Origin: Malacoraja senta
Lineage: Eukaryota
Direction: 5' to 3'
NCBI GenBank assembly: GCA_038087875.1
Contig: CM075992.1
Span: 560,001-624,000, forward strand
Length of the DNA: 64,000 nucleotides
The notes below the pieces were generated by a model. The model made no database searches and had not been told where the DNA came from. It was given only the letters and a program-made list of their open reading frames with translations. A program made the translations under genes and the position numbers. Positions 37,061-48,600 of the stretch are shown in pieces (positions within the stretch are counted from its first letter, which is position 1; each line of letters begins with the position of its first letter).

Positions 37061-38036
37061 CAGTTACTGATCTGAATTCACACACGAGGTTTAAAGTTTT
37101 TGGAAGACAACCAAAGCTGGAGAAAAAAGTTGGTCTAATCCTTCATCGGTAAAGCCTTGCTTTCATCCAATCTCTAACAAAGTCCAAAGAACATCGAACT
37201 ATTTTACGCCCATTGACTACAATTCAAAACCAAAGTGCCAATGATTGAAAATAACCACGTCAACTTGTGCGGAGGAATCTCCTGCTGCAATAACATGGTG
37301 AGGCAAAGAGACTCCGTCAACGCTGGAATCTAAAGCAAAAAAAGCACAGAGTGCTGGAGGAACTCAGCGGGCCAGGCAGCATCTGTGGAGGGAATGGACA
37401 GATGATGTTTTGGGTCGGGACCCTTCTTTGGACACTGGATTAGGGGGGGAGGGGGGTTGGGGGGAGAGGTCAGAGGAGAGGTTTCTCCAATTTCAAGCTC
37501 TCCAATTTTTTTTCATACACCCCCCACACTTTCCCCATGCAACCCTAGTGTACACACAGCCTACTCCTTCCCCCTGTCCCCCACCCCCCCCGCTCATTTC
37601 ATATCCCCAAGTCCCCCATTCCACATTTAACCCCCTTCCTTCCCCTTCTACCCGTATCACTCCTCCGGCTTTACATTTCACTCCTCATCATCTCTTCTTA
37701 TCTGTCACCCTTCTGTTTCCTTTTCACCTCCAGCCTTTGTCACCTACTCCATCCATCTGCCAATTAAACCTGCGTGTGAGAAGGAACTGCAGATGCTGGT
37801 TTAAACCGAAGATAGACACAAAAAGCTGGAGTAACTGCAGGACAGACAGCAACTCTGGATAGAAGGAATGGGTGACATTTCGGGTTCAGTCCGAAGAAGG
37901 GTCTCAAGAGATGCTGCCTGTCCCGCAGAGTTACTCCAGCTTTTTGTGCCAAGTAAACCTCCTCCCACCTGTATCCACCTATCACTTACCAGGTTTTACC
38001 CCACCCCCACCTCTCTTTTCCAGCTTTCTCCCCCAC

Positions 38037-38236
38037 NNNNNNNNNNNNNNNNNNNNNNNNNNNNNNNNNNNNNNNNNNNNNNNNNNNNNNNNNNNNNNNN
38101 NNNNNNNNNNNNNNNNNNNNNNNNNNNNNNNNNNNNNNNNNNNNNNNNNNNNNNNNNNNNNNNNNNNNNNNNNNNNNNNNNNNNNNNNNNNNNNNNNNNN
38201 NNNNNNNNNNNNNNNNNNNNNNNNNNNNNNNNNNNN
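38037..38236. other. Assembly gap (200 N)
   Basis: Run of N. Confidence 0.99.
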
Positions 38237-40079
38237 AATCCTGTTGGCGTGCGTGGCCTTTCACTATACCACGGTGCATGTGACAATAGACTGTGTGATG
38301 GATAACTGTCATGTTGCAATGGGAGTGCAGCTCCAATAACTCTCGAGAATTTCAACATTATCTGGGACGAAGCTGCCCATTTTCTTGGTGCTTCAACCAG
38401 CACCCATAACATTCACTTCCATGGCCACAGTGGGTGCAGTGAGGACTATCTACAAAATGCACTGCAGTTACTTGCCTCGATACTCTGACATTACCTCTCA
38501 AATGCAAGACTCATGCCCCCCAGGAAGTTTAGTTTAGTTATACAGCATTGAAACAGGCCCTTCGGCCCACCAAGTCCATGCTGACCACCTGGTCTCTGGT
38601 GCTGTCAGGCAGCCACTCTTACGCTGTGCCTGGATTCACTGCAAGGAAAGTTTTCTCTGGAGCATCAGAGGGTGAAGGAATACCCGGCAGAAGTATATAC
38701 AATTATGAGAGGCATAGATATGGTAGACCTTTCCCACAGGGTGGAAATGTCAAAGACTAGAACTAAGGTGAGAGGGGGACATTTTTTTAGGAAGATGTGT
38801 GGGGCAAGTTTTTTTGCACAGAGCGTGGAGGGTTAGGAGTGGTGATGGACGTATCATTGATGAAACTTTTACATAGACACGTGGAAGTGGAGGAAAAAGA
38901 AGAATATGGATCACATGAAAGCAGAGAGGATTAGTTTAACTTTGCATCTTTTTTGGCATGGACAATGTGGGCCGAAGGGCCTGTTCCTGGGCTGTACTAT
39001 TCCATGTTCTATCACCAGGTCCACATCTTGCAAGCACATACCAAGCAGCAGTACGATTCAAGTAGGCCCACCCACCACAAACTTTGTCATTTAACCAACG
39101 GCAGTAATGGTGTAAGTGCAGGATGCACAAGGTAACGCTGAACGATTTCTGCATCATCGTCTGGATACACAAAGGAAGAGCTGAGTGGTATGACCTTCCT
39201 AGACTGAGATAAACGCACAGGCTGAGAGGGAAACGTGGCATTTCTCCCAGTCCCCGCGCAGAGAGGAGGAAGGAGGAATGGTGAGCAACAGAGGGTGATG
39301 ATGAGGGACTTGATTAGAATGGTGGAGAGTCTATCGATGAGCAACCAAGAGGTGCCATTCAATAGACAATAGACGCAGGAGTAGGCCATTCGGCCCTTCG
39401 AGCCAGCACCGTCATTTACTGTGATCATGGCTGATCATCCCCAATCAGTCCCCGTTCCTGCCTCTTGCCCTTCACATTTGTGCTATTTTTATCCTTATCT
39501 CACACTTTAGTTTAGAACAGTCCTTTCTGCCCATTGAGTCCACGGCCGACCAACTTTCTATCCTACACACACTAGGGGCAATTTTACAGAAGCTAATTAA
39601 CCTACAAACCTTGCACGTCTTGGGATGTGGGAGGAGACCGGAGCAACCGGAGAAACCCCACACGATCACAGGGAGAACGTGCAAACTCCGTACAGACAGC
39701 ACCCGTAGTCGGGATCGAACCCGGGTCTCTGGTGCTGTGAGGCAGCAGCACTACCCGCGGCGCCACCGTGTCTCCCTCTAGTGGTTTTCATCAAGATGAG
39801 CTGCCAAAAGGGCTCAGGGGCGCCCTCTGCAGTCAAAGAAGCAAGCAGCAAGTTCAATGTAGAAGGCGACAATAGCAGTGTGGATGTTTTGAGTGCTTGG
39901 AGGATTTGAGACGGTGAGCTATTTCCCCAATGAGAGAATAAGGAGGGAAACCAGGAAGCTCTCAGTAGGCAGGTGGAGATGTGGAATTTTCTTCATCAGA
40001 ATACAGTCAGTGATAGTAAATAGATACAGCTATCAAGACAAGAAAAAATTCTTAAATGAGACAGTGGACTGTTGTTCCT

Positions 40080-40585
40080 GCCTACTGAGAGCATGCTGAC
40101 CGGTTGCATCGTGGCTTGGTTCGGCAACTTGAGCGCCCTTGAGAGGAAAAGACTACAAAAAGTAGTAAACACTGCCCAGTCCATCATCGGCTCTGACCTC
40201 CCTTCCATCGAGGGGATCTACCACAGTCGCTGCCTGAAAAAGGCTGGCAGCATCATCAAGGACCCACACCATCCTGCCCACACACTCATCTCCCTACTAC
40301 CTTCAGGTAGAAGGTACAGGAGCCTGAAGACTGCAACGACCAGTTCAGGAACAGCTACTTCCCCACAGCCATCAGGCTATTAAACCTGGCTCGGACATAA
40401 CACTGAACTTACTAGCCAATACTGTTATTTGCACTTTATCAGTATATTGACCATTGTGTATATATTTATAGAATGCCTTGTAGTAAATGCCTACTATGTT
40501 CTGTTGTGCTCAAGCAAAGCAAGAATTTCATTGTCCTACCAGGGACACATGACAATAAACTCACTTGACTTGACTTGACTTGACT
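40080..40585 (+). mobile_element. Rex1/Babar-type LINE 3' fragment, close relative of the 16810 copy
   Basis: Same ORF end, 3' UTR and (TTGAC)n tail. Confidence 0.85.
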
Positions 40586-40654
40586 TCTCCTTGTCCCAAG
40601 CTGATAGCTTCAACTGTCAATTAAAATAATCCTATATTTCTACTGAAAAATATG

Positions 40655-40940
40655 CAGAGTGCTGGAGTAACTCAGCAGGTCAGGCAACATCTCTGTGGGA
40701 CATGGATAGGTGACGTTTCACAGAGTGCTGGAGTAACTCAGCGGGTCAGGCAGCATCTGTGGAGAACATGGATAGGTGACGTTTCACAGAATGCTGGAGT
40801 AACTCAGCGGGTCAGGCAGCATCTGTGGAGAACATGTATAGGTGACGTTTCACAGAGTGCTGGAGTAACTCAGCGGGTCAGGCAGCATCTCTGGAGAACA
40901 TGGGATAGGTGACGTTTCGGATTGAGATTCTTCTTCAGAC
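40655..40940. repeat. Four copies of the 66-bp unit ending in a decayed minus-strand hammerhead motif
   Basis: Direct inspection. Confidence 0.9.
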
Positions 40941-42799
40941 TGATTGTGTGTGCGTGTGTGTGTGTGTGGGGGGGGGGAGGTGGGGGGAGGGGGGAGTTAC
41001 AGCCCTGCGGGAATAAGGCAGGAGAATGTGGTAGAGAGGGGAAAATAGATCAAATGGCGGAGCAGACTTGATGAGTCGAATGGCCCTAATTCTGTTCCTA
41101 TGTCTTCAGGTCTAAAGAGCACTGAATTTGTCAATTTCAGTTAAAATTTTCAATACTGTGTAATTCCTATGTCTACGTCTTTATACAAGACAGCACGGAG
41201 AGAGACGGAATGTGTCGTTCATTCTGGACCAGTCCTCCAGGAATATACTGCCTTTTCTCAGTTACTGTCATGGACTCATACAGCACGGAAACAGGCCCCT
41301 CGGCCCAACTTGCCCACGTCGACCAAGATGCCCCATCTACCCTTGTCCATGTTTGGCCCGCATCCTTCTATCCTATCCTATCCATGTACCTGTCCAAATG
41401 TCTTTTAAACGTTGTGGTGGAACTTACATATCACATCTCTTAATTTTGGTTTTGTCTTTTTGCACTATCATTATTTGTTGTTTTTATATGTATGGACTTA
41501 TATGTATATATTTTTCTCAGCTTATAATATTGTTCACAGTGTACCATGTTTACATATTCTGCTGTGCTTCTGCAAGTAAGAATTTCATTCTTTTGATTCT
41601 ATGTCTGTGATATAGGACAATGAAACACCCTTGACTCTTGACTCAATTCGCTCTCACAATAGCACCTTCTCTTTAATGTCAATGGTATTGGTTGTTTAAG
41701 GAGCACATCCGTACCTTTGATGTGCAGGCAGTTCTGAGATAACATGATAGTTGTGTTACTAAGGAATCTCGAGTTATCAACAAATCCTTTTATAAAGGCA
41801 ATTATGTTGATGTGGAAGGGGGGTAGAGGGTTGGATAGCTGCAGATTTGCAATAACCAAGTTATTTTTCCCACAGGATTTTCATTAATAAAGATGTTTTT
41901 AATAGCTTCAAGTTCATTTCTTCATTGCAAGCTAAAAATACTAAAGGCTGTATGATAGATTGTTAATCAGGGATATGATGCATGCATTTTAATAGTCGCA
42001 ATCACTTGTCAGTCTCCAAGTTAACTATTTTAAGTGGCCTCCTGCAGTGAAACTGGTAGCCCGCGTTTAGAAGAGACAATGGTATCTGATTACTGTGAGA
42101 AGGTTACATGGAAACAGGAATTTTTGCCAAGACTTTATTTTTCCTGAGACAGCTCTTTCTGCATGTTAATTTCCAAAGTAACTCTCTTAAGTGGTTTCTC
42201 ACTGTGGAACTGACCACCTGTGATCTTCAGCGAGGAAGTTGTCTTATTACCAGGGGCCTGGCACCCGACCAAACTCACATTGTAACCATTCCAGCCCACG
42301 TAACACAAATAACGTTTTCCCAGTTCAGGATTCATGTTATATCCAATCCGATGGGTCTCGGCCCGAAACGTCACCCATTCCTTCTCTCCAGAGATGTTGC
42401 CTGTCCCGCTGAGTTACTCCAGCATTCAGTGTCCCAAGGAAACGGGTTCCCGCAGAACTATGCAGTCGCAAGGAATTGCAAGTGCTGGAATTTTGAGCAA
42501 AACACAAAGTGCTGGAGGATCTCAGTGGGTCGGGCAGCACCTGTGGAGAGAATGGTCAGATGATGTTTTGGATTGGGACTCTTCTTCACATATGCATTCT
42601 TGAGTCTGAAGAGGGGTTCCGACCCAAAATATCAACTGTCCATATCCTCCACAGATGTTGCCTGACCCGCTGAGTTCCTCCAACAGTTTGTGTTTTGATA
42701 ATAACAGAATTACCTGTACATGTTGAATGATTCTCCAGTTCAGTCATACAGACCAAGACTCCTGTATCAGGTTGATGTGGCCACGTGGTCTCATTCCTA

Positions 42800-43806
42800 T
42801 TAATTGTCCGTTTTGGGCCCCATATCTGAGGAAGGATGTGCTGGCATTGGAGAGGTCCAGAAGAGGTTTATGTGAATGATCTCAGGAATGAGTGAGTTAA
42901 CAATATGATGAGCGTTCGACGGCACTGGGCAGTACTCGCTGGAGTTTGAAGGATGAGGGGGGAACCTCATTGAAACTTACCGAATGGTGAAAGGCTTGGA
43001 TAGAGTGGATGTGGAGAGGATGCTTCCACTAGTGGGAGAGTCTAGAACCAGAGGGCACAGACTCAGAATTAAAGGACGTCTTTTAGAAAGGAGATGAGGA
43101 GGAATTTGAGGTGGAATTCGTTGCCACAGAAGGTTGTGGAGGCAGTCAATGGATATTTTAAGGCCGAGATAGATAGATTTCTTGATAGTATGGGTGTCAG
43201 GGGCTATGGGGAGAAGGCAGGAGAATGGAGTTAGGAGGGAGAGATAGATCAGCCATGATTGAACGCTGGAGTAGACTTGATGGACTGAATGGCCTAACTT
43301 CTCTCCTATAACTTATGAACTTATGGTTGCACCTGGTGCATGCATAGCCCAGTGAAAGGTCGACACACTGTCTTTGCAACCGAGCCTTGCTGCACCTCCA
43401 CAACCTCAATGCACACAGGGCTCTAGTCAAGCAAGTCGTCATCGATAAACCCATGAGAAATATCAGCTTGGTGTATCACATATATAAAACTCAATAATAT
43501 TCATGTTCATAAGTGATAGGAGCAGAAATTAGGCCATTCGGCCCATCAAGTCTACTCCCCCATTTATCATGGCTGATCTATCTTCCCCTCTCAATCCCAT
43601 TCTCCTGTCTTCTCCCCATAACCCCGTACTAATCAAGAATCTATCTATGCCTTAAAAATATCCCTGACTTCGTCTCCACAGCCTTCAGTGGCAATGAATT
43701 CCACAGATTCACCACCCTGGCTAAAGAAATTCCTCCTCATCTCCTTCCTGAAGGATCATCCTTTAATTCTGAGGCTGTGACCTCTGGTCCTAGACTCTCC
43801 CACTAA
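42800..43806. mobile_element. Two decayed CR1 fragments tail-to-tail (about 42800-43325 plus, about 43500-43806 minus)
   Basis: Sequence similarity to the other CR1 copies, with many 1-nt deletions. Confidence 0.8.
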
Positions 43807-44377
43807 TGAGTTTCAACAATCATCTTCATTGCCATTTGGTAATGTGTGCAGAATGTAAAGAGGCACAGACAATACCTACCCAGAGAGGTTTATTTACAGA
43901 ACAGCAGACATTGAGACAATTTACATGTCAACGTCTCACAGACAATGGAGCACATGGTCACCAGTTGCCCCAAACACCGGCCACCGAATGGTGAACGAGG
44001 TCTGATTGACCTGGACGATGACACGTTGGCCTGGCTCGCCTCAACGGAGCTGCAGGTCTAAAAGACCCCGACAGATGTCTTTTAAGCCTCTTAGCGGATG
44101 GAGCCAGGATGTCGGTGACATTTTTTATGATGCGGAGAAGTGGGTGCTGGGGTGACTCTGGGGTTCATCAAAAGCCCAGTGATCGACACTCATTCACAAC
44201 GAAGTAGAAACCCCTCCCAATGAGGATGTCATTACACCTTCACACCAAGAAATGATCTAATTGAAACCTGCAAATTTCATATGTACCTGGACAGGGTAGT
44301 GAATGACCAGAGGATTGAGTTCCTCGGCTCATCTTCAAACCAAATTAAGAACAAACTTGGACCCCACCCTGAAACTG

Positions 44378-44645
44378 GGACGGAACAGTGGCGCAGCGGT
44401 AGAGTTGCTGGCCTCACAGCGTCAGAGACCCGGGTTCGATCCTGACTACGGGTGCTGTCTCCACGGTCTCCCTGTGACGGGGTGGGTTTCTCCGGGTGCT
44501 CCGGTTTCCGCCCCACACTCCAAAGACTTTCAGGTTTGTAGATTAATTGGTTTTCTGTAAATTGCCCCTCGTGTCATGTGCGGGGATCGCTGGACGGCGC
44601 GGGCTCTGAGGGCCGAAGGGCCTGTTTCCATGCTGTACCTCTAAA
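44378..44645 (+). mobile_element. HE1-like SINE
   Basis: A and B boxes plus tail. Confidence 0.8.
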
Positions 44646-44726
44646 AAAAAACCAACATGCTCATTCTAGACAAGAAGAAGTAGTTTCTCTCTAATTGCTC
44701 CTGACAGCCAATGGTTAGAATCAGTG

Positions 44727-44732
44727 TTTAAT
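44727..44732 (-). terminator. Candidate polyadenylation signal ATTAAA for the Tctex1-domain gene
   Basis: ATTAAA about 55 nt downstream of the TGA at 44787-44789. Confidence 0.45.
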
Positions 44733-44786
44733 AAGGACAAGCCTGGACTATCTAACCTGCCCCTCTACCACTACTCCAGCCACTGT

Positions 44787-45134
44787 TCACTCACAGTACA
44801 GGGCAAAGACACTGGCAACACAGAACATGGTGCCGTTTTTGTAACTGTGGGACACGAAGGTGTCGGGCGTAAGCGTCCCAGAGCGCGCGGCTGGTGAGCA
44901 GGGCATCCTCCTGGCACTGCTCGCCGACGGTGACGATACACACCAGCTTGTAGCGGGGCGGCATGGCCGTCTTGGCAAACTCCTTGATCTTCTCGCTCAT
45001 CTCCTTGGCCAGCTTGCCGGCCAGATCTGGGCCGTAGGAGACTCCGCTGGTTCACCCGGCAGCAGCTCCTCCAGGAACCGCTGAACCGCGAAGGAGCAGA
45101 ACTTCTGAGGCGGCTTGGAGGAGAACGGCGGCAC
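44787..45134 (-). pseudogene. Tctex1-domain dynein light chain (DYNLT4/DYNLT5-like) main exon with two 1-nt indels; pseudogene or consensus error
   Basis: ttccaattctag| acceptor. Stitched peptide VPPFSSKPPQKF...MSEKIKEFAKTAMPPRYKLVCIVTVGE...SRALWDAYADTFVSHSYKNGTMFCVASVFALYCE* has the Tctex1 motifs PRYKL, S..LWD...D and C-terminal LY.E. The frame breaks near 45049 (-1) and 44866 (+1). Confidence 0.85.
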
Positions 45135-45299
45135 CTAGAATTGGAAAAGGGCAGCACGGCGGTAAATCCCTACTCTGTCCTCACCATTCGTGATTATAAA
45201 GAATTGGTTTGCCACAAGAAATCCTTTTTTATTCCCCCTCTCCCCAAGGATATTCGTACAAAGGTACTTCCGAGTTCAAGCAATGAAATTTTATTTATA

Positions 45300-46047
45300 G
45301 ACAATAGACAATAGGTGCAGGAGTAGGCCATTTGGCCCTTCGAGCCACCACCGCCATTCAATGTGATCATGGCTGATCATCCCCAATCAGTACCCGTTCC
45401 TGCCTTCTCCCCATATCCCCTTGACTCCGCTATCTTTAAGAGCCTTATCTAGCTCTCTCTTGAAAGCTTCCAGAGAACCCGCCTCCACCGCCCTCTGAGG
45501 CAGAGAATTCCACAGACTCACCACTCTCTGTGAGAAAAAGTGTTTCCTCGTCTCCGTTCTAAATGGCTTACTCCTTATTCTTAAACAGTGGCCCCTGGTT
45601 CTGGACTCCCCCAACATCGGGAACATGTTTCCTGCCCCTAGCATGTCCAAGCCCTTAACAATCTTATACGTTTCAATGAGATGCCCTCTCATCCTTCTAA
45701 ACTCCAGAGTGTACAAGCCCCAGCTGCTCCATTCTCTCAGCATATGACAGTCCCGCCATCCCGGGAATTAACCTTGTAAACCTACGCTGCACTCCCTCAA
45801 TAGCAAGAATGTCCTTCCTCAAATTAGGGGACCAAAACTGCACACAATACTCCAGGTGTGGTCTCACTAGGGCTCTGTACAACTGCAGAAGGACCTCTTT
45901 GCTCCTATATTCGATTCTCTTTTTATAAAGGCCAACATGCCATTCACTTTCTTCACTGCCTGCTGTACCTGCATGCTTACTTTCATAGACTGATGTACAA
46001 GGACCCCCAGATCCCGTGTACTTCCCCTTTTCCCAACTTGACGCCAT
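45300..46047 (-). mobile_element. CR1 LINE 3' fragment in the Tctex1-gene intron
   Basis: LYRALVRPHLEYCVQFWSP and FFSQRVVSLWNSLP; frameshifted. Confidence 0.9.
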
Positions 46048-47433
46048 GGATTATTGACATGGATATCAAGGAATTTGGAATTGTATTCATGAATAGTGTT
46101 ATCTGATCTGAAGCTAAAGCATCTGTAGGCGGATGATCTAAATTGGGATTAGTATAGATGGGTGCAACCATCAGCATGGACTGGGTGGCTGTTTCTGTGC
46201 TGTAGGCTCTGCAAGAATGAGCAGGAATAACTTCTGTTCTTTCGAGTTGTTCTGCCAACATTACAAACCTGTTCGTTGATGATTTTGGTGACTACCGGTT
46301 TCTTTGCTGCTAGCTTCAACGCTGTTCTCTCCTTCCAATGAAAAAAAAACACAGGATTGGTTATTTATTTCCTCGTTTTAAGATTCTAATTCTTCACTGA
46401 TGGAGCTGGGACTTTTACGCACCTTCAAATTCTTGGTCAGTCTCCGGGCCACGAGAAGTCCGCTGATGCTGAACGAGGGAGGATGTGCTTTCACTTAAAA
46501 TATTCCCCATTGAACCTCTTCCTTTCAACGCTCCAGGCTGCAAATAAAAAAGAGGGAACTGAAGAGGGGGAGCAACATTTTAAAGGACAAATATGCCCCC
46601 AAATAATAGCAGGACAAATATGGGCTTCTCGTGAGACCCCGTTCCACGTGGAAGCCTTCAGTTTCCAAGGCAGGGTCTGTAATGTCACGAGACTTTAGAT
46701 GCTGATGCTGGAAATCTGGAGTCAAACACAGACTGCTGGAGGAACTCAGTGGGTCAGGCATCATCTGTGGAGAGAAGGAATGGGTGACGTTTCGGGGTCG
46801 AGACCCTTCTTGTCCTCTGTCTATCTGAGGAAGGGTTTCGACCCAAAACATCACCCATTTCTTCTCTCCGCAGATGCTGCCTGTTCCATTGAGTCACTCC
46901 AGCATTTTGTGTGTATCTGGAGAAAATGGATGGGCGATGTTTCAGGTCAGGACCCTTCTTCATTGAAGAAGAATATCCTTCTTGAATAAAGGTCCCTACC
47001 TAAAACGTCACCCATCCTTCTTCTCCAGAGATGCTGCCTGGCCCGCTGAGCGTCTGTATATAACGTGGAATCATAAATGGTAGGAGAAGGTCAAAGGAAA
47101 CCTGGATTGGAGTAGAGGGGGTGAATCCAAGATAGAGATCCCTGAATAACTCACAGATCAAGAGAGCAGAATGAGTCAGGATTTCTGCTTCATATTATTG
47201 TGGAGGAACAGACTCTAGACCAGTGGGCTAAGCAGAGGGATAAGAAGGGCAGAGAGAGACTAGGAGGGTGGAATGGTGCTCAACAAAAACAAAGTCCAAA
47301 ACTCCTGCACGATAAATAAGAAATAGGCAGTCAAGGAGTGGCCAGGCCAATCAAAGGCCAAACTTGACGTACTGTTGAGGAAACCGGGGGGCAAAGCTGA
47401 GGGCTTTCCTCAGTGAAGAAGCTCCTGTCAAAG

Positions 47434-47740
47434 TTTAGTTTAGTTTAGAGATACAGCGCAGAACAGGCCCTTTGGCCCACGGAGTCCGCACCGACCAGCG
47501 ATCCCCACACACTACCACTACCCTACACACACGAGGGACAATTTTACATTTAAACCAAGCAATTAACCAACAAACTTTAGTCTTTGGGAGTGTGGAGGAA
47601 ACCGATGATCTCGGAGAAAACCCACGCAGGTCACCGGGAGAACGTGCAACTCGGTACAGACAGCACCCGTGGTCGGGATCGAACCCGGGTCTCTGGCTCT
47701 GTGAGGCAGCAACTTTACTGCTGCGCCACCGTGCCGCCCG
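47434..47740 (-). mobile_element. HE1-like SINE
   Basis: Full-length body. Confidence 0.8.
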
Positions 47741-48439
47741 CAACAAAGAATCAACAAAGACGAAGGTGGCAGTGAATTGAGTAGAATACAACTAACTAAA
47801 GAAAGGTTTTAAACGTCACCTGCTGAGGGGCTGTATCGTAAGATTATGAGACCATAAGACATGGGAGCAGAATTAGGCCAATCAGCCCATCGGGTCCACT
47901 CTGCCAAACGATCATGGCTGATCTATTTTTCCTTCTCAATATCGTTATCCTGCCTTCTACCCGTAGCTGTTACGAAGGGAAGGATTGGAACAGCATTGGT
48001 CTTCGTATAATGTCAGAGGTTTGACTGCAGTTCATTAGTGATAGGAGTAGAATTTGGCCATTTGGTTCATGAGTTCCACGCCATTCAATCCTAGGCTCAT
48101 CCATCTCTCCCTCTCAACCCCATTCCTCTGCCTTCTCCCCATAACCCTCAGAAGCAGTGGAGGCCAAATTCTCCGGATGCTTTCAAGAGAGAGTTAGATA
48201 GAGTTCTTAAAGCTAGTGGAGTCAAGGATATGGGGAGGGGTACTGATTGTGGATGATCAGCCATGATCACAGTGAATGGCGGTGCTGGCTCGAAGGGCCG
48301 AATGGCCTACTCCTGCACCTATTGTTTATTGTCTATAACCCCTGACACCAATTGTGGTGCCGGGGAAGGGGAGGACCATGGATTGCCAGAGAGGACCATT
48401 GTAAATGCGCCTCCTAGATGCCTTGTGGCCGCCTTGTAC

Positions 48440-48600
48440 CTGCGCTTCCGTACTTCCCCTCCGGTGCTGCTTTGCTGTTGGTTCTTGCTTTGGTGGAGAC
48501 GGGCCCTCTCTTCTCCGTGACCCTGACGGTGACCAGACTCTGCTTCCTGCTGTCCATACCGCGACGCACCGGTTGTCGGCAAAGCACTCGGCACCGGGAC
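48440..48600 (-). CDS. Probable first coding exon of the Tctex1-domain gene; ATG at 48557, MDSRKQSLVTVRVTEKRGPVSTK...
   Basis: cctctccacgagcag| acceptor, strong Kozak context ggtATGG, CAG|gtacaa donor, unique CpG-retaining sequence. It ends in phase 1 whereas the next exon needs phase 0, so one more indel or exon is required. Confidence 0.55.

Noticed and set aside
44771..45157. 128-aa ORF spanning the Tctex1 exon
   Set aside because: Alternative frame of GC-rich coding DNA; the Tctex1 motifs are in the other two frames.
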